Of a stretch of DNA of 64,000 nucleotides, positions 28,394-37,783 are shown one piece after another. A program made the translations under genes and the position numbers. This DNA comes from Sulfolobales archaeon (GTDB lineage Archaea; Thermoproteota; Thermoprotei_A; Sulfolobales; AG1), in NCBI GenBank assembly GCA_038867615.1, contig JAWBYA010000001.1:32001-96000 (forward strand), in the 5' to 3' direction. Under the pieces are notes generated by a model. That model was not told the DNA's origin. It ran no database searches and saw nothing but the letters and a program-made list of their open reading frames with translations. Positions within the stretch are counted from its first letter, which is position 1. The number at the start of each line of letters is the position of its first letter.

Positions 28394-31300
28394 TTGAAAA
28401 CAATAGGTCAAGTCTTTCAATTAAAAGAATCTTTAGAATCTTTAAAATCCGAGCTAATACCTAGTTTCGATGAAGTGATAAGAAGCTACCTAGGCCAGCA
28501 TGTGAGGACAAGATTCAAAGATCCGGGGTATGTGGTGGAGGTCACGTTTCTTACACCACCATTACAGATCTTTATAAAAAGGATCCTAAAAGCCCTCGAA
28601 ACCCCAACGGTTCAAGGTACATATCTCATTAAGGGTTTTGGCTTTGGAAAAACCCATGCTATAATACTTCTGTGGCATATGTTGAACTCAAAAGAGGGGG
28701 CAAGCTCGCTGTTAGCAAAACAGCTCGAGCTTGATGAGAGAATAGTTAGAGAGACCTTGGTTTTGGGTATAGATTTTAAAGAAGAACAGCCTTTCTCCCG
28801 TTTGTTTAATCAGCTTAAGGCAATAGCGAAGAGACAGCCGGAGCAGTGGCAGATAAAAGATCCAAAGCTTTCTAGTGCTATAATAGAAGTGCTTAGAGAA
28901 ATAAATGAAGCTGAGATTTTATCTAAGCCGTCAGAGGATTTCGCAAACGTGATAGTCAAGATCCTTGAAAGATATAGAGAGACAGGAGCAGATCCGAAAC
29001 TTCTGCTCCTAATAGACGAGCTTGGAATAGGTATAATTGGGAGGCTGACAAGCTATATAGAAAGCTATATAAAAACCGGTAGATATAATGAGGAGAAATA
29101 CGGCGAGATCGAGTTTATAATCAATTTTATAGAGCATCTCTATACAAAACTAAGTGGAAAGGGGATATCGGCTTACATTATAGTAGCCCTCGCGGAGCAA
29201 GATATTAGAGAGTTGGAATACATCTATCTCCAGCAGTCAGACAAGCCCGAGATCCGGGAAAAGATAAGGGGTCTTCAAAAGCGCCTCGATATCTTGAGAG
29301 AGCGCTTGGGCAGAGCAGCCGGGGGCTTGGGTGAGGAGATAGCCTTGTCCTACGATCTAGAGCATGTTATAAACATAGCGAAGCACAGAGTGCTTAAAAA
29401 GATAGGAAAAGAGGTAGATGTGGGAGAGGCTCTTTTATCGCATTTAGCGTTACAGGCTCAGCAATATAACTTGCAGAAGACCCTTGAGGTGTATAAGGAG
29501 CAGATCAAGAACTACTACCCCTTATCCCCAAGCATGATATGGTTATTCAGGAAAATATTAAACCCCTACGATGTTCCAAGGACGGAGTATGTTAGAACAG
29601 TTATAAATATACTTGCAAGGGCTGCTGAAGAAGCCCTTAAACATGATGTTCAAGCACTGAGCATTGGGGTAAAACACCTCCCACTCGGAATGTCAGGTGT
29701 GGTCGACCTTATGGGAGAGTTTGAAGTAGAATGGGCAAGCGCTATCTCAGATATAGAGCACACCATAAGATCAGCAAATCCAGAGATACAGAAAACAGTA
29801 GAGGTAATAGCTAAAGAAATACTTGCGAAGGGTACTACGGCTAACGTGTTAGCCCTCATAGAATTGAAAGATGCGAAGGAGATCAAAGCATATGGTGTTT
29901 CGCTGGAGGAAATACAGATAGATATACTAGCAACGTTACCACCTGAAGAGGCATCAAAAACCATAGCGAAGCTTCAAGACGCCATAGAATACTTAAAAAC
30001 ACAGAGCGCAAGGATCGATGAAAAGGAATATGACGCGCAAAAATTCTACATACCATCGCCCATGAGAACCATTTATGATAAACTTGCAGCCTTTGTAGTA
30101 GAGCAGAGAAAAGTACTTGAAGAGCCATTAAGAATTCCAGCCTATTTGCAGGATGCGGGTTTACCCAGTCTCTTTTACAATCCAAGGGTGGCGATACCAG
30201 CGAGGGAGGGGGAGGTTAAAGTACTGCTTAAAGACTACAACACCGTTGAAAACGTTGAGGAGCTCATAAACAGCAGAGATCTGAGGGAGGCTCAAAACGA
30301 AGGAAAGCTTTCCATAGTAGTTGTTCCGCCTTGGGATAGTTTTCTCTTCTACGAATTATACCAGAGGAACAAGAGTTATCATGTTATTGTGAAAGAGATA
30401 GCGCGAAAGCTTGAAAACAAGGTTATGGAGGGAGAGATCGCTCGTCAATATCACCTTCTAATCCTTGTACCAAATATAAGTAAAGATAAACTGGCACAAC
30501 TAATAGACGATGCGATCTCATACATGGCAGTAAAGAATTTCATAGATCATCTCAAGAATAAAGAGAAAATACTGGAGGAGAAAATGAGCGATTATGAGAG
30601 AACAATTAAGAAGAGACTTACGCAGAGCTTAATGGAGTATTTCGAGGAGCAGCGCAAAAAGCTAGAAGCATTCGTAGATCGCCAGGTAAGGGATGCAAGA
30701 CTATCTGCCCAAAGAGAGCTTATAAAACTATCGAGGAAAATAGCTACAGACGTGATCGAGCTATTTGAGGATGTGATCTTCTATAGCATGCAGTCTGAGG
30801 GTTTCACAACCCAAAGCCTGGTCAAGCTCTTTGGTGAACTATCTGGCGAAGCCTCGAAACTGGAGGAGAATAAAAAATCCTCTTTATCAGAATATTCTCT
30901 TATTATGAATATGTTCTTTAGAAAGGTAGTCGAGTCCACCTGGTTCACTTGGGATCCAAAGATTATATCTGATGCTATATACAGGCGCTATAAGATGGAG
31001 ATTGAAAACAACGTGTTCCGAGAATCGGACAGAATAAGTGAGATAATCGAAAACGCGATGCTCGGTACATATGGTGTAAAGCCTCTGAGTGTTAATGTGG
31101 TTCGCGAGGCTATTAGCATGTTAAATGAAAAAACAATAGAGGTTAAGAACAGAAGAGTAATATTGAAGGTAGATGAAAAGGCGGATCTGATATTCTTTAA
31201 AGAAGAAATTATAGAAGAGGTAAAACCGGTCGAGGAAACCATAGAGATACAGAGAAAAGAGCAGGAGAAGGAGGTAACCGTAAGAGTTGATCAAACCCGT

Positions 31301-31672
31301 AGAGAGGAAAAAGTTGTGGAAGAGAGAGACCATGTTGTGATCGAGATAGGGAGGGGGTTTGATTATGAGGATTTCAAACGGAGATTAAGCTCGCTTTCTC
31401 AAACACCTGGTGTCGAGATCAAGTTAATAAGTATCAATGCTTTTGGAGATCCTATTGAGGCGACTCTCAAGTTCAAGGGCTCAAAGCACGAGATCCCCAT
31501 GATAATTAGTGCGACAAGATTCCTCGTTCAAATATCTGAGAAATACAATGTAGCCCCTCAGCTCGAGATCATGCTTACAAAGCCTCTTCCAGAAGATAAG
31601 CTTAAAGAAATACTTGGTCCGTTCTATATTAAAAAGGTGAGTAGGAGCTGGGATAAATTCCTACCAACTTGA
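28394..31672 (+). CDS. Large DUF499/COG1483-type AAA+ ATPase (BrxC/PglY relative)
   Basis: Walker A GFGFGKTH, Walker B LLLLIDE, YYPLSP; 1092 aa with coiled-coil C-terminal half. Confidence 0.82.
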   Translation: MKTIGQVFQLKESLESLKSELIPSFDEVIRSYLGQHVRTRFKDPGYVVEVTFLTPPLQIFIKRILKALETPTVQGTYLIKGFGFGKTHAIILLWHMLNSKEGASSLLAKQLELDERIVRETLVLGIDFKEEQPFSRLFNQLKAIAKRQPEQWQIKDPKLSSAIIEVLREINEAEILSKPSEDFANVIVKILERYRETGADPKLLLLIDELGIGIIGRLTSYIESYIKTGRYNEEKYGEIEFIINFIEHLYTKLSGKGISAYIIVALAEQDIRELEYIYLQQSDKPEIREKIRGLQKRLDILRERLGRAAGGLGEEIALSYDLEHVINIAKHRVLKKIGKEVDVGEALLSHLALQAQQYNLQKTLEVYKEQIKNYYPLSPSMIWLFRKILNPYDVPRTEYVRTVINILARAAEEALKHDVQALSIGVKHLPLGMSGVVDLMGEFEVEWASAISDIEHTIRSANPEIQKTVEVIAKEILAKGTTANVLALIELKDAKEIKAYGVSLEEIQIDILATLPPEEASKTIAKLQDAIEYLKTQSARIDEKEYDAQKFYIPSPMRTIYDKLAAFVVEQRKVLEEPLRIPAYLQDAGLPSLFYNPRVAIPAREGEVKVLLKDYNTVENVEELINSRDLREAQNEGKLSIVVVPPWDSFLFYELYQRNKSYHVIVKEIARKLENKVMEGEIARQYHLLILVPNISKDKLAQLIDDAISYMAVKNFIDHLKNKEKILEEKMSDYERTIKKRLTQSLMEYFEEQRKKLEAFVDRQVRDARLSAQRELIKLSRKIATDVIELFEDVIFYSMQSEGFTTQSLVKLFGELSGEASKLEENKKSSLSEYSLIMNMFFRKVVESTWFTWDPKIISDAIYRRYKMEIENNVFRESDRISEIIENAMLGTYGVKPLSVNVVREAISMLNEKTIEVKNRRVILKVDEKADLIFFKEEIIEEVKPVEETIEIQRKEQEKEVTVRVDQTRREEKVVEERDHVVIEIGRGFDYEDFKRRLSSLSQTPGVEIKLISINAFGDPIEATLKFKGSKHEIPMIISATRFLVQISEKYNVAPQLEIMLTKPLPEDKLKEILGPFYIKKVSRSWDKFLPT

Positions 31673-31682
31673 AGGGGAGACC

Positions 31683-33095
31683 TTGACGGAGTTAGAGGAA
31701 AAGATCCGGAAAGCCTTTGGGGATGTGGTTGTTGATAAAGGACTAGCTATACGTCATGAGGTTGCGAGACTGCCCCGCTTTATATCAGAGTATCTAATAT
31801 CTAGATATAGTGCTAAGTATCCGAATCGTGAGACTGCTTTTAACAAGCTTGCTGAAGTAGTTGCGGAGTACTTCCCAGAGCCGAGGGATAAGGATCGGGT
31901 GTTCTATAAGTTAATGCAGCAAGGCTGGGTTAGGCTTATAGATGAGTTCAAAGTAAGTGTAGACCTGCAGAGAAACATATACAGGCTGCATATACCATGC
32001 CTACAGATAAACAACGCTCTAGCTGATGAGGGGGTTGTTAGGAAATATGAGAGACTACTTTCAGGAATGTGGGGTCTTGGGGAGTTAGAGTACCGCCCTG
32101 ATATATCCAAGAACATGAATGTGGAGATATCGCCTATAATGTTAACATATATAGAGCCATTCCAGGTTTACAATATAGATGTGAAATCATATATTGAAGG
32201 TCGCAGAGAATTTTCGCTAAATGAATGGATAGATATTATAATAACAACGATAGGGTTAAATCCTAGAGTCTATTCCCAGAGGCAAAAGCTCTTGCTAGTG
32301 GCAAGACTGATCCCTCTTATTGAGGGGAACGTAAACCTAATGGAGCTTGGCCCAAGAGCCACTGGGAAGACGTACCTTTACAGAAATATATCACACCATA
32401 CCAGGATCTACTCAGGCGGTACTGTAAGCCCAGCTAAGCTTTTCTTCGATGCAAAATCACGATTAATGGGCGATATAGCGACGCACGATGTTGTAATATT
32501 TGATGAGATAAGCAGGATCAAGTTCGCGAACCCCGACGAGATGGCTGGAAAATTGAAGGACTTTATGGTCGACGGTTTCTTCGAACGAGCTGCATTGAAA
32601 AGAGCCCATAGTGATTGCTCACTTGTATTCCTAGGAAATATTGAAAAAGAGGATACTCGGGTCGGAAAGATAAGAGAGGTTCTGCCCAATATCATGCAGG
32701 ATCCGGCTTTTCTTGACAGGATTCACGGGCTTATACCGGGTTGGGAGATGCCAAAAATAATGAGAAGTGAGGAGCACCTGGCTCGAGGAATAGGGCTGGC
32801 GGTAGATTATTTTGCCGAAATACTCCACAGCATGAGGAAGGAGAGCTTTGGAGACATAGTTAATGCCCATGTAGAATTCGTGGGCAGTTTCACTATAAGG
32901 GATGAAAGAGCTGTTGGAAAGCTTATCTCAGGGTTTGTTAAACTCCTCTTCCCCCATAAAGAGTTTAGTAGTAGTGAGCTAAAGCAGGTGATCGATCTAG
33001 CATTAGAAATGAGACAATATATCGTAGACGAACTAAGCGATATATCTCCTGCAGAGTTTCCGCGAAAACGCCTCGAGGCGAGGGTAAGGGGGTGA
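31683..33095 (+). CDS. brxL: BrxL-like MCM-type AAA+ protein without the Lon protease domain
   Basis: VVVDKGL..RLPRFISEYLI N-terminus, ELGPRATGKT, VVIFDE, AFLDRIHGLIPGWE, TIRDERAV; ends at 470 aa. Confidence 0.88.
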   Translation: MTELEEKIRKAFGDVVVDKGLAIRHEVARLPRFISEYLISRYSAKYPNRETAFNKLAEVVAEYFPEPRDKDRVFYKLMQQGWVRLIDEFKVSVDLQRNIYRLHIPCLQINNALADEGVVRKYERLLSGMWGLGELEYRPDISKNMNVEISPIMLTYIEPFQVYNIDVKSYIEGRREFSLNEWIDIIITTIGLNPRVYSQRQKLLLVARLIPLIEGNVNLMELGPRATGKTYLYRNISHHTRIYSGGTVSPAKLFFDAKSRLMGDIATHDVVIFDEISRIKFANPDEMAGKLKDFMVDGFFERAALKRAHSDCSLVFLGNIEKEDTRVGKIREVLPNIMQDPAFLDRIHGLIPGWEMPKIMRSEEHLARGIGLAVDYFAEILHSMRKESFGDIVNAHVEFVGSFTIRDERAVGKLISGFVKLLFPHKEFSSSELKQVIDLALEMRQYIVDELSDISPAEFPRKRLEARVRG

Positions 33096-33913
33096 TGACC
33101 AACTTTACCAAAGATCTTGAAAACATGGTCAAAATAGCTTCAGCACTAGGTCGCCTGACTGTGGATACTCTTCATAGAATAATATTTAGCTCTTTCTTAA
33201 GAGCTGGCTTATCCGTTCGTGGTGTGAGAGGAAGGTGGGAGGAAGAGGTAAAAGATCTTATTAGGACGATCCCTGCACCCTACAGGGCGCAGGTAAGCGG
33301 TGAGCTCTATTTAAACGCTCTCTCCTTTATAAAAGCCTTCAACTCCTTCCTAGAGGATAACAGGCAGGCTGTAATTATTAGAGAGGCTAATCTCCAGCAT
33401 ATTGTGCAGCTCCTCGAAAGTAGGGTTGGCAAGGTTGATGGGGTCTTTGTCTTCGACTGTGCATCAGTACCAGAGTTCATAGCTATTGCGAGTAAGTTTT
33501 CAGCGTTAGGGCGCAATACAACGATTCTCGAAGAGGTCTTTGTAAATCCAGTAGGGGTGACACGCTTTCTAACGGGGCAGCTTGAGGCGCTTGATCGTGG
33601 AACATACTTAGCCCATTATGCCAGACTATTGAAAGAGAGATTGAGGGCTGGCTTCTCAACTAAGATCTCAACAATAGATCTCATAACACATAGGCAAGGC
33701 TTTACTCTCAGAGATTTTCTGGACTCTCTCAAGCCCTCAGAGCTATTCGAGGAGATAAGGCGTTTCGCAGAACAAAAATCCGTGCTCATCACATCAGATC
33801 ATGGTTATGATGTGATTATGGATGAGCATGGGTTCTATGTGACTCATGGGTATTATAAAGAGAATTGTTTATTAAGCTTCAGCAGGATAGCATTATTCCT
33901 GGTGATCGATTGA
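33092..33913 (+). CDS. pglZ: Minimal PglZ-like alkaline-phosphatase-fold protein
   Basis: VFVFDCASVPEF, ITSDHGY, THG metal-binding motifs; translationally coupled to brxL. Confidence 0.75.
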   Translation: MMTNFTKDLENMVKIASALGRLTVDTLHRIIFSSFLRAGLSVRGVRGRWEEEVKDLIRTIPAPYRAQVSGELYLNALSFIKAFNSFLEDNRQAVIIREANLQHIVQLLESRVGKVDGVFVFDCASVPEFIAIASKFSALGRNTTILEEVFVNPVGVTRFLTGQLEALDRGTYLAHYARLLKERLRAGFSTKISTIDLITHRQGFTLRDFLDSLKPSELFEEIRRFAEQKSVLITSDHGYDVIMDEHGFYVTHGYYKENCLLSFSRIALFLVID

Positions 33914-33922
33914 GGTGATAGT

Positions 33923-34417
33923 ATGGAGTATAGCTATTACCTGATCTTTAAATCTAGGAAGAAAGGAGGAGAGATATCATTCAACGTTGGAACAAAGGAG
34001 AGAACCGAGGCTATGATCAAGCTTGGAGGACGCCGATCCGAAGAGCTGTTTACAAGAATTCTGGAAACCTTAGGAAGAGCAGGATGTATAACCCCTATCC
34101 AAACTGGTAATCCACGAATCTATGCTGTAAGAGGCGATGTAGGCCCCGTACTAGGGGCTTACCTAATTCTTATCAAACGCTCCCGGAAGATCGAGTACTG
34201 GATAGAATTCTTAAACGAACTGCTAACCGGAAAATACTCATGGCTCGGAGGAGCCTTCTCAACACTACTGGAACTTGCGATCGACCTATCGAAAAGAGCA
34301 CCATTAAAAAGTCAAAAAGAATACACACTTTCACCTATAATTATCTCTGCAATTTCATCAGCTATGAAGGAGTTTGTAAATAAACTAAAGGAATACGAGA
34401 CAAAGATCGGAAGCTAA
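33923..34417 (+). CDS. Hypothetical protein, last gene of the BREX-like operon
   Basis: 164-aa ORF with GAGGTGA RBS, 9 nt after the pglZ stop. Confidence 0.75.
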   Translation: MEYSYYLIFKSRKKGGEISFNVGTKERTEAMIKLGGRRSEELFTRILETLGRAGCITPIQTGNPRIYAVRGDVGPVLGAYLILIKRSRKIEYWIEFLNELLTGKYSWLGGAFSTLLELAIDLSKRAPLKSQKEYTLSPIIISAISSAMKEFVNKLKEYETKIGS

Positions 34418-34817
34418 AGAGAGTCAATAGCCCTTTGCGCCTCTCTTTCAAGTCTCTTTATTCTTTGTAGTACTTTTTGCTCTCCGAATATGTCAAGGAG
34501 TCTCCAGAACCTTCTAATAAACTCTTTTCTCCGTCTAACTTTCCCTTTATATTCCTTTACAGCTTCTTCTTTCAAGGATCTCAGCATGACTTTTCCCCTG
34601 CTCTTTTACAGCTAGATCTTTCAGGATCTTCTCACAAACCATATAGCATTAAGCTTTTTTCTATTTTTAAAGACTTATTTGGCTTAGATGTCTTGGCAAC
34701 GATCTGCTTGACATACTCAGCCAGGATACTCTCAATAACAAGTTTAGCAACTAATTTAGCCAACACTAATGCCTCATAGGATATGAACCCTGAGGCAAAT
34801 AATAAATACCCGAGCAA
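34414..34817 (-). pseudogene. Fragmented ORF remnant convergent on the defence operon
   Basis: Protein-like pieces in successive frames (MLGYLLF..YGL*; MVCEKILKDL..; MLRSLKEEAVKEY...RAIDSL*). Confidence 0.35.
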
Positions 34818-35130
34818 AAGACAACACAGATCCGCAGTTCTTAGGCCTGTTTGTCTTCTTTTTATTATCTATAGACTTTCACCTCGCCTGCAGAGATCTA
34901 GGAACCCCTATGGGGTCTATGACTACTAGCTATAATGATCTTCAAGACTCTAAATGTTAATTTGCTTGATCGTTGTGTTATTTCCATTAACAGTATACCA
35001 AGTATTCATAGCTTTTCTTGCGTTATTAGATCGATCCTTGACTTTTATGTATGATGCTTAGTTAGGGTTAGGTGTTGTTGTGTAATATTTATATATCTAT
35101 GTATGGCTGTCTTATTAACTGCTTGTATTA

Positions 35131-35931
35131 TTGCTTGTTTGTGGTGTGTGGTTAGTGAGTGCTGGTGTCTCGCCTGTTGTTGAGAAGCCGTGTCGTGTTG
35201 TCTCTATAGTGAGTGGTGGTCCTGATAGTTTTTGCTATCTTGTTAGATGGCTTTCCCTTGGTTGTGATGCCCATGTGCTTTCGTTTAACTATGGTCAGAA
35301 GGGTTCTAAGGAGCTTGAGGTTGCTAGGAGGATTGTTGGTGTTCTCGATGATATTGCTGGGGAGAGGGGTTGGGGGAGGGTTGTTGAGCACAGGGTTGTT
35401 GATATATCCTTCATGAGGGATCTTTGGAGGGGGACGCAGCTAACAGATGAGAAGGTAGCTGTTGAGGAGGAATACACACCAACAGTTGTTGTACCCATAA
35501 GGAATGTTGTGATGCTATCGATAGCAACTGCATATGCATATAGCATAAGCAGCATCTTTGGAGGCAGGGTTTATATAATATATGGAGCCCACTACGGCGA
35601 TGTAAAGCCTAGAGGAGATACTGGAGAACCCCTATACCCTGATTGCTCTCCAGAGTGTATAGAGAGCCTACAAACAGCATATAGGCTATGCCACTTCAGA
35701 AGCGAGAGAAGGATAGAGATATGGAGCCCAAGCAGAGAGGGTATGTCGAAAGCCCAGAACCTGAAGAAATGCTACGAAACAGTGGGGGATCTGGTATACG
35801 AGACATGGAGCTGCTACCTAAGCGGGGAACACCACTGCGGCAAATGCGAGAGCTGCATAAACAGGGCGAGGGCGTTCAAAGAGGCAGGGATCCCTGATAA
35901 AACAATCTATAGATCTAAACCCGATATATAG
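35131..35931 (+). CDS. queC: QueC-family 7-cyano-7-deazaguanine synthase, paralogue 2
   Basis: [40 protein letters not shown]; start probably GTG ~35155. Confidence 0.92.
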   Translation: MLVCGVWLVSAGVSPVVEKPCRVVSIVSGGPDSFCYLVRWLSLGCDAHVLSFNYGQKGSKELEVARRIVGVLDDIAGERGWGRVVEHRVVDISFMRDLWRGTQLTDEKVAVEEEYTPTVVVPIRNVVMLSIATAYAYSISSIFGGRVYIIYGAHYGDVKPRGDTGEPLYPDCSPECIESLQTAYRLCHFRSERRIEIWSPSREGMSKAQNLKKCYETVGDLVYETWSCYLSGEHHCGKCESCINRARAFKEAGIPDKTIYRSKPDI

Positions 35932-35983
35932 CAAACACGCCCAAGCAATAAGCAACACAGGATCATTGGAGAACCATAGGTAA

Positions 35984-36138
35984 GAGGATCACCAATTTCC
36001 CGGGAAACCCACTAACAGGCAAAGCCGCAACAAGCCGTTTGGCATCCATGGAGATTTATAAAGAAAGCCCTTGATAAAAGAGCCCTAAGCCGGTGAGGAT
36101 ATGTAGAGTCAAACAACCAAACACTATGAATCCAAACC
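35984..36138 (+). mobile_element. Heavily decayed family-A tnpB right-end remnant abutting tRNA-Leu
   Basis: GGAT..TTTCCC start, TGATAAAAGAGCCCTAAGCCGGTGA core, CACTATGAATCCAAACC terminus (cf. CGCTATGAAACCCGAACC). Confidence 0.45.
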
Positions 36139-36140
36139 GA

Positions 36141-36228
36141 TGGTGCGGGGGGTGGGATTTGAACCCACGCAGGCCTACGCCATCGGGTCCTAAGCCCGAC
36201 CCCTTTGACCTGGCTCGGGCACCCCCGC
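36141..36228 (-). tRNA. tRNA-Leu(TAG), long variable arm, CCA encoded
   Basis: Reverse complement GCGGGGGTGCCCGAGCCAGGTCAAAGGGGTCGGGCT-TAG-GACCCGATGGCGTAGGCCTGCGTGGGTTCAAATCCCACCCCCCGCACCA. Confidence 0.97.
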
Positions 36229-36504
36229 CCATAGAAATAATAAATATGGCGGGGAAAAAGCGTTACTATCTAAGATCCCGGGGTCATTGATTATATGCTC
36301 TTCATAGCCATATATGTTGCTATCGGTTCCGCGCCGTGGGATTAGCAACGACACACGATCCCTCGGGAAAAGAGTTCTCTGTGCAGATGGATAAGGGTTT
36401 CTGGGGGTTTCTAGCGATCCTCTATACCAGGAACGGATGGAAGCACTAATGTATTCTTTCTATAGTGTGGACAGGGTATCCCAGCTTGGTGGTTGTTAGA
36501 ACTG

Positions 36505-37695
36505 CTAGTCTTTTCTAGCTTTTGATTGTATGATGATTGTTAATAGCGATGCTAGGGTTAGGATCGCTGGTATGAGGAATGATGCGTATATTGTGGTGCC
36601 TCCTATAACGATGGGTGGGGATCCTGCTAGGTAGCCTGTTAGGGGTGAGCCTATAGCTACTCCTAGTAGTAGCATTGTACCGAATATAGCTGCACTGCTA
36701 CCCCTTGCAGCGTCTGGGACGTTTGTTGCGATCTCGGAGCCTGCTACTAGCACCATAGCGATCGCTATTCCGTGTATTATTGCTGATAAATACCTAGCTG
36801 TGGGGTCTATTCTTAGGCTTAGCATTATCATTGAGAGTAGAAGGAATACCAGTCCTAGTGTGAGTGAGGATCTCGCACCCCTTCGATCTATGATCAGTCC
36901 TGCAGCTATGTTTGCTGGAATGGCTATCGTTGTTGCTAAAGCCATATAGATCCCTGTGGCAACCCCTGCGCTTCTCTCATCAACGCCTAGATATCTGATC
37001 AGGTTGCTTGGGAGCGAGCCTACTATGGCGCCTAGCGATATGTAGAGGGCGAAGGTTGCTATATAGGCTGGTGCTAACGTTACTAGATATCCCCTGAGGA
37101 TGCTGAAACCTATATCCCTCCTACTCTTCGGCGCGGTATACACTTCTTTAGCAAGCATGGATGAGAACAGCCCGAGGATCATTAGGATTGAGAGTAGGAC
37201 AAAAACAGATCTAAAGCCTATCAAGGCTACAAGAGCCGTTGATGTGGAGGATCCAAGGACTATTGCTATGGCTATGAAAACCCAGTAGAAGCCCATATAT
37301 CTACCAATCTTCTTCCCAGAGACAGCCTCTCTGAATATTGATAGGGATGCTGGGAAAACACCTGAATCGAATACAGCATGTAAGGCTCTGAAGAGCACGA
37401 GCTGCCAGGGGGTTTGTGATACCGAGTAGAGATAGATCGAGACGGCATCGCCTACGAATAGAGGAGCAAGGATCTTCTTCCTACCAAACCTATCAATAAT
37501 ATAACCCATAGCAATCGTAGCTGGTATGGCTGTTATAGAGTAGATACCAACTATAAGCCCTGCCTCGAACTCATTAGCACCTATGCTCCTAGCATATGAT
37601 GCGAGGATCGGTGATATGAAGGAGGTATCTGCTAGGGATAAAAACGCTATGATTAGTAAAGGCTCAAGCCTCACGGGCTGGGGACGTATGGTCAA
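36505..37695 (-). CDS. MFS transporter
   Basis: 12 TM helices, GYIIDRFGRK motif A, second GLIIDRRGAR. Confidence 0.92.
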   Translation of the reverse strand: MTIRPQPVRLEPLLIIAFLSLADTSFISPILASYARSIGANEFEAGLIVGIYSITAIPATIAMGYIIDRFGRKKILAPLFVGDAVSIYLYSVSQTPWQLVLFRALHAVFDSGVFPASLSIFREAVSGKKIGRYMGFYWVFIAIAIVLGSSTSTALVALIGFRSVFVLLSILMILGLFSSMLAKEVYTAPKSRRDIGFSILRGYLVTLAPAYIATFALYISLGAIVGSLPSNLIRYLGVDERSAGVATGIYMALATTIAIPANIAAGLIIDRRGARSSLTLGLVFLLLSMIMLSLRIDPTARYLSAIIHGIAIAMVLVAGSEIATNVPDAARGSSAAIFGTMLLLGVAIGSPLTGYLAGSPPIVIGGTTIYASFLIPAILTLASLLTIIIQSKARKD

Positions 37696-37783
37696 TTGTC
37701 ATCGATGAGAGCTATGGAAAAATCTATTTAACCATATAGTAACCAGTTGTACCCATCAACAGATACTAGGGTATAGAAAAACC

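Noticed and set aside
25319-34417. Cassette proteins as substrates for QueC-type N-terminal glycine modification
   Set aside because: None of the five predicted proteins begins Met-Gly (MSR, MKT, MTE, MMT, MEY), so the sequence gives no support for that specific mechanism.
24970-36228. Island integrated at tRNA-Leu via att sites
   Set aside because: No duplicate of the tRNA-Leu 3' end found to the left and no integrase or split int fragment; the only similar sequence is the T-arm of tRNA-Ile.
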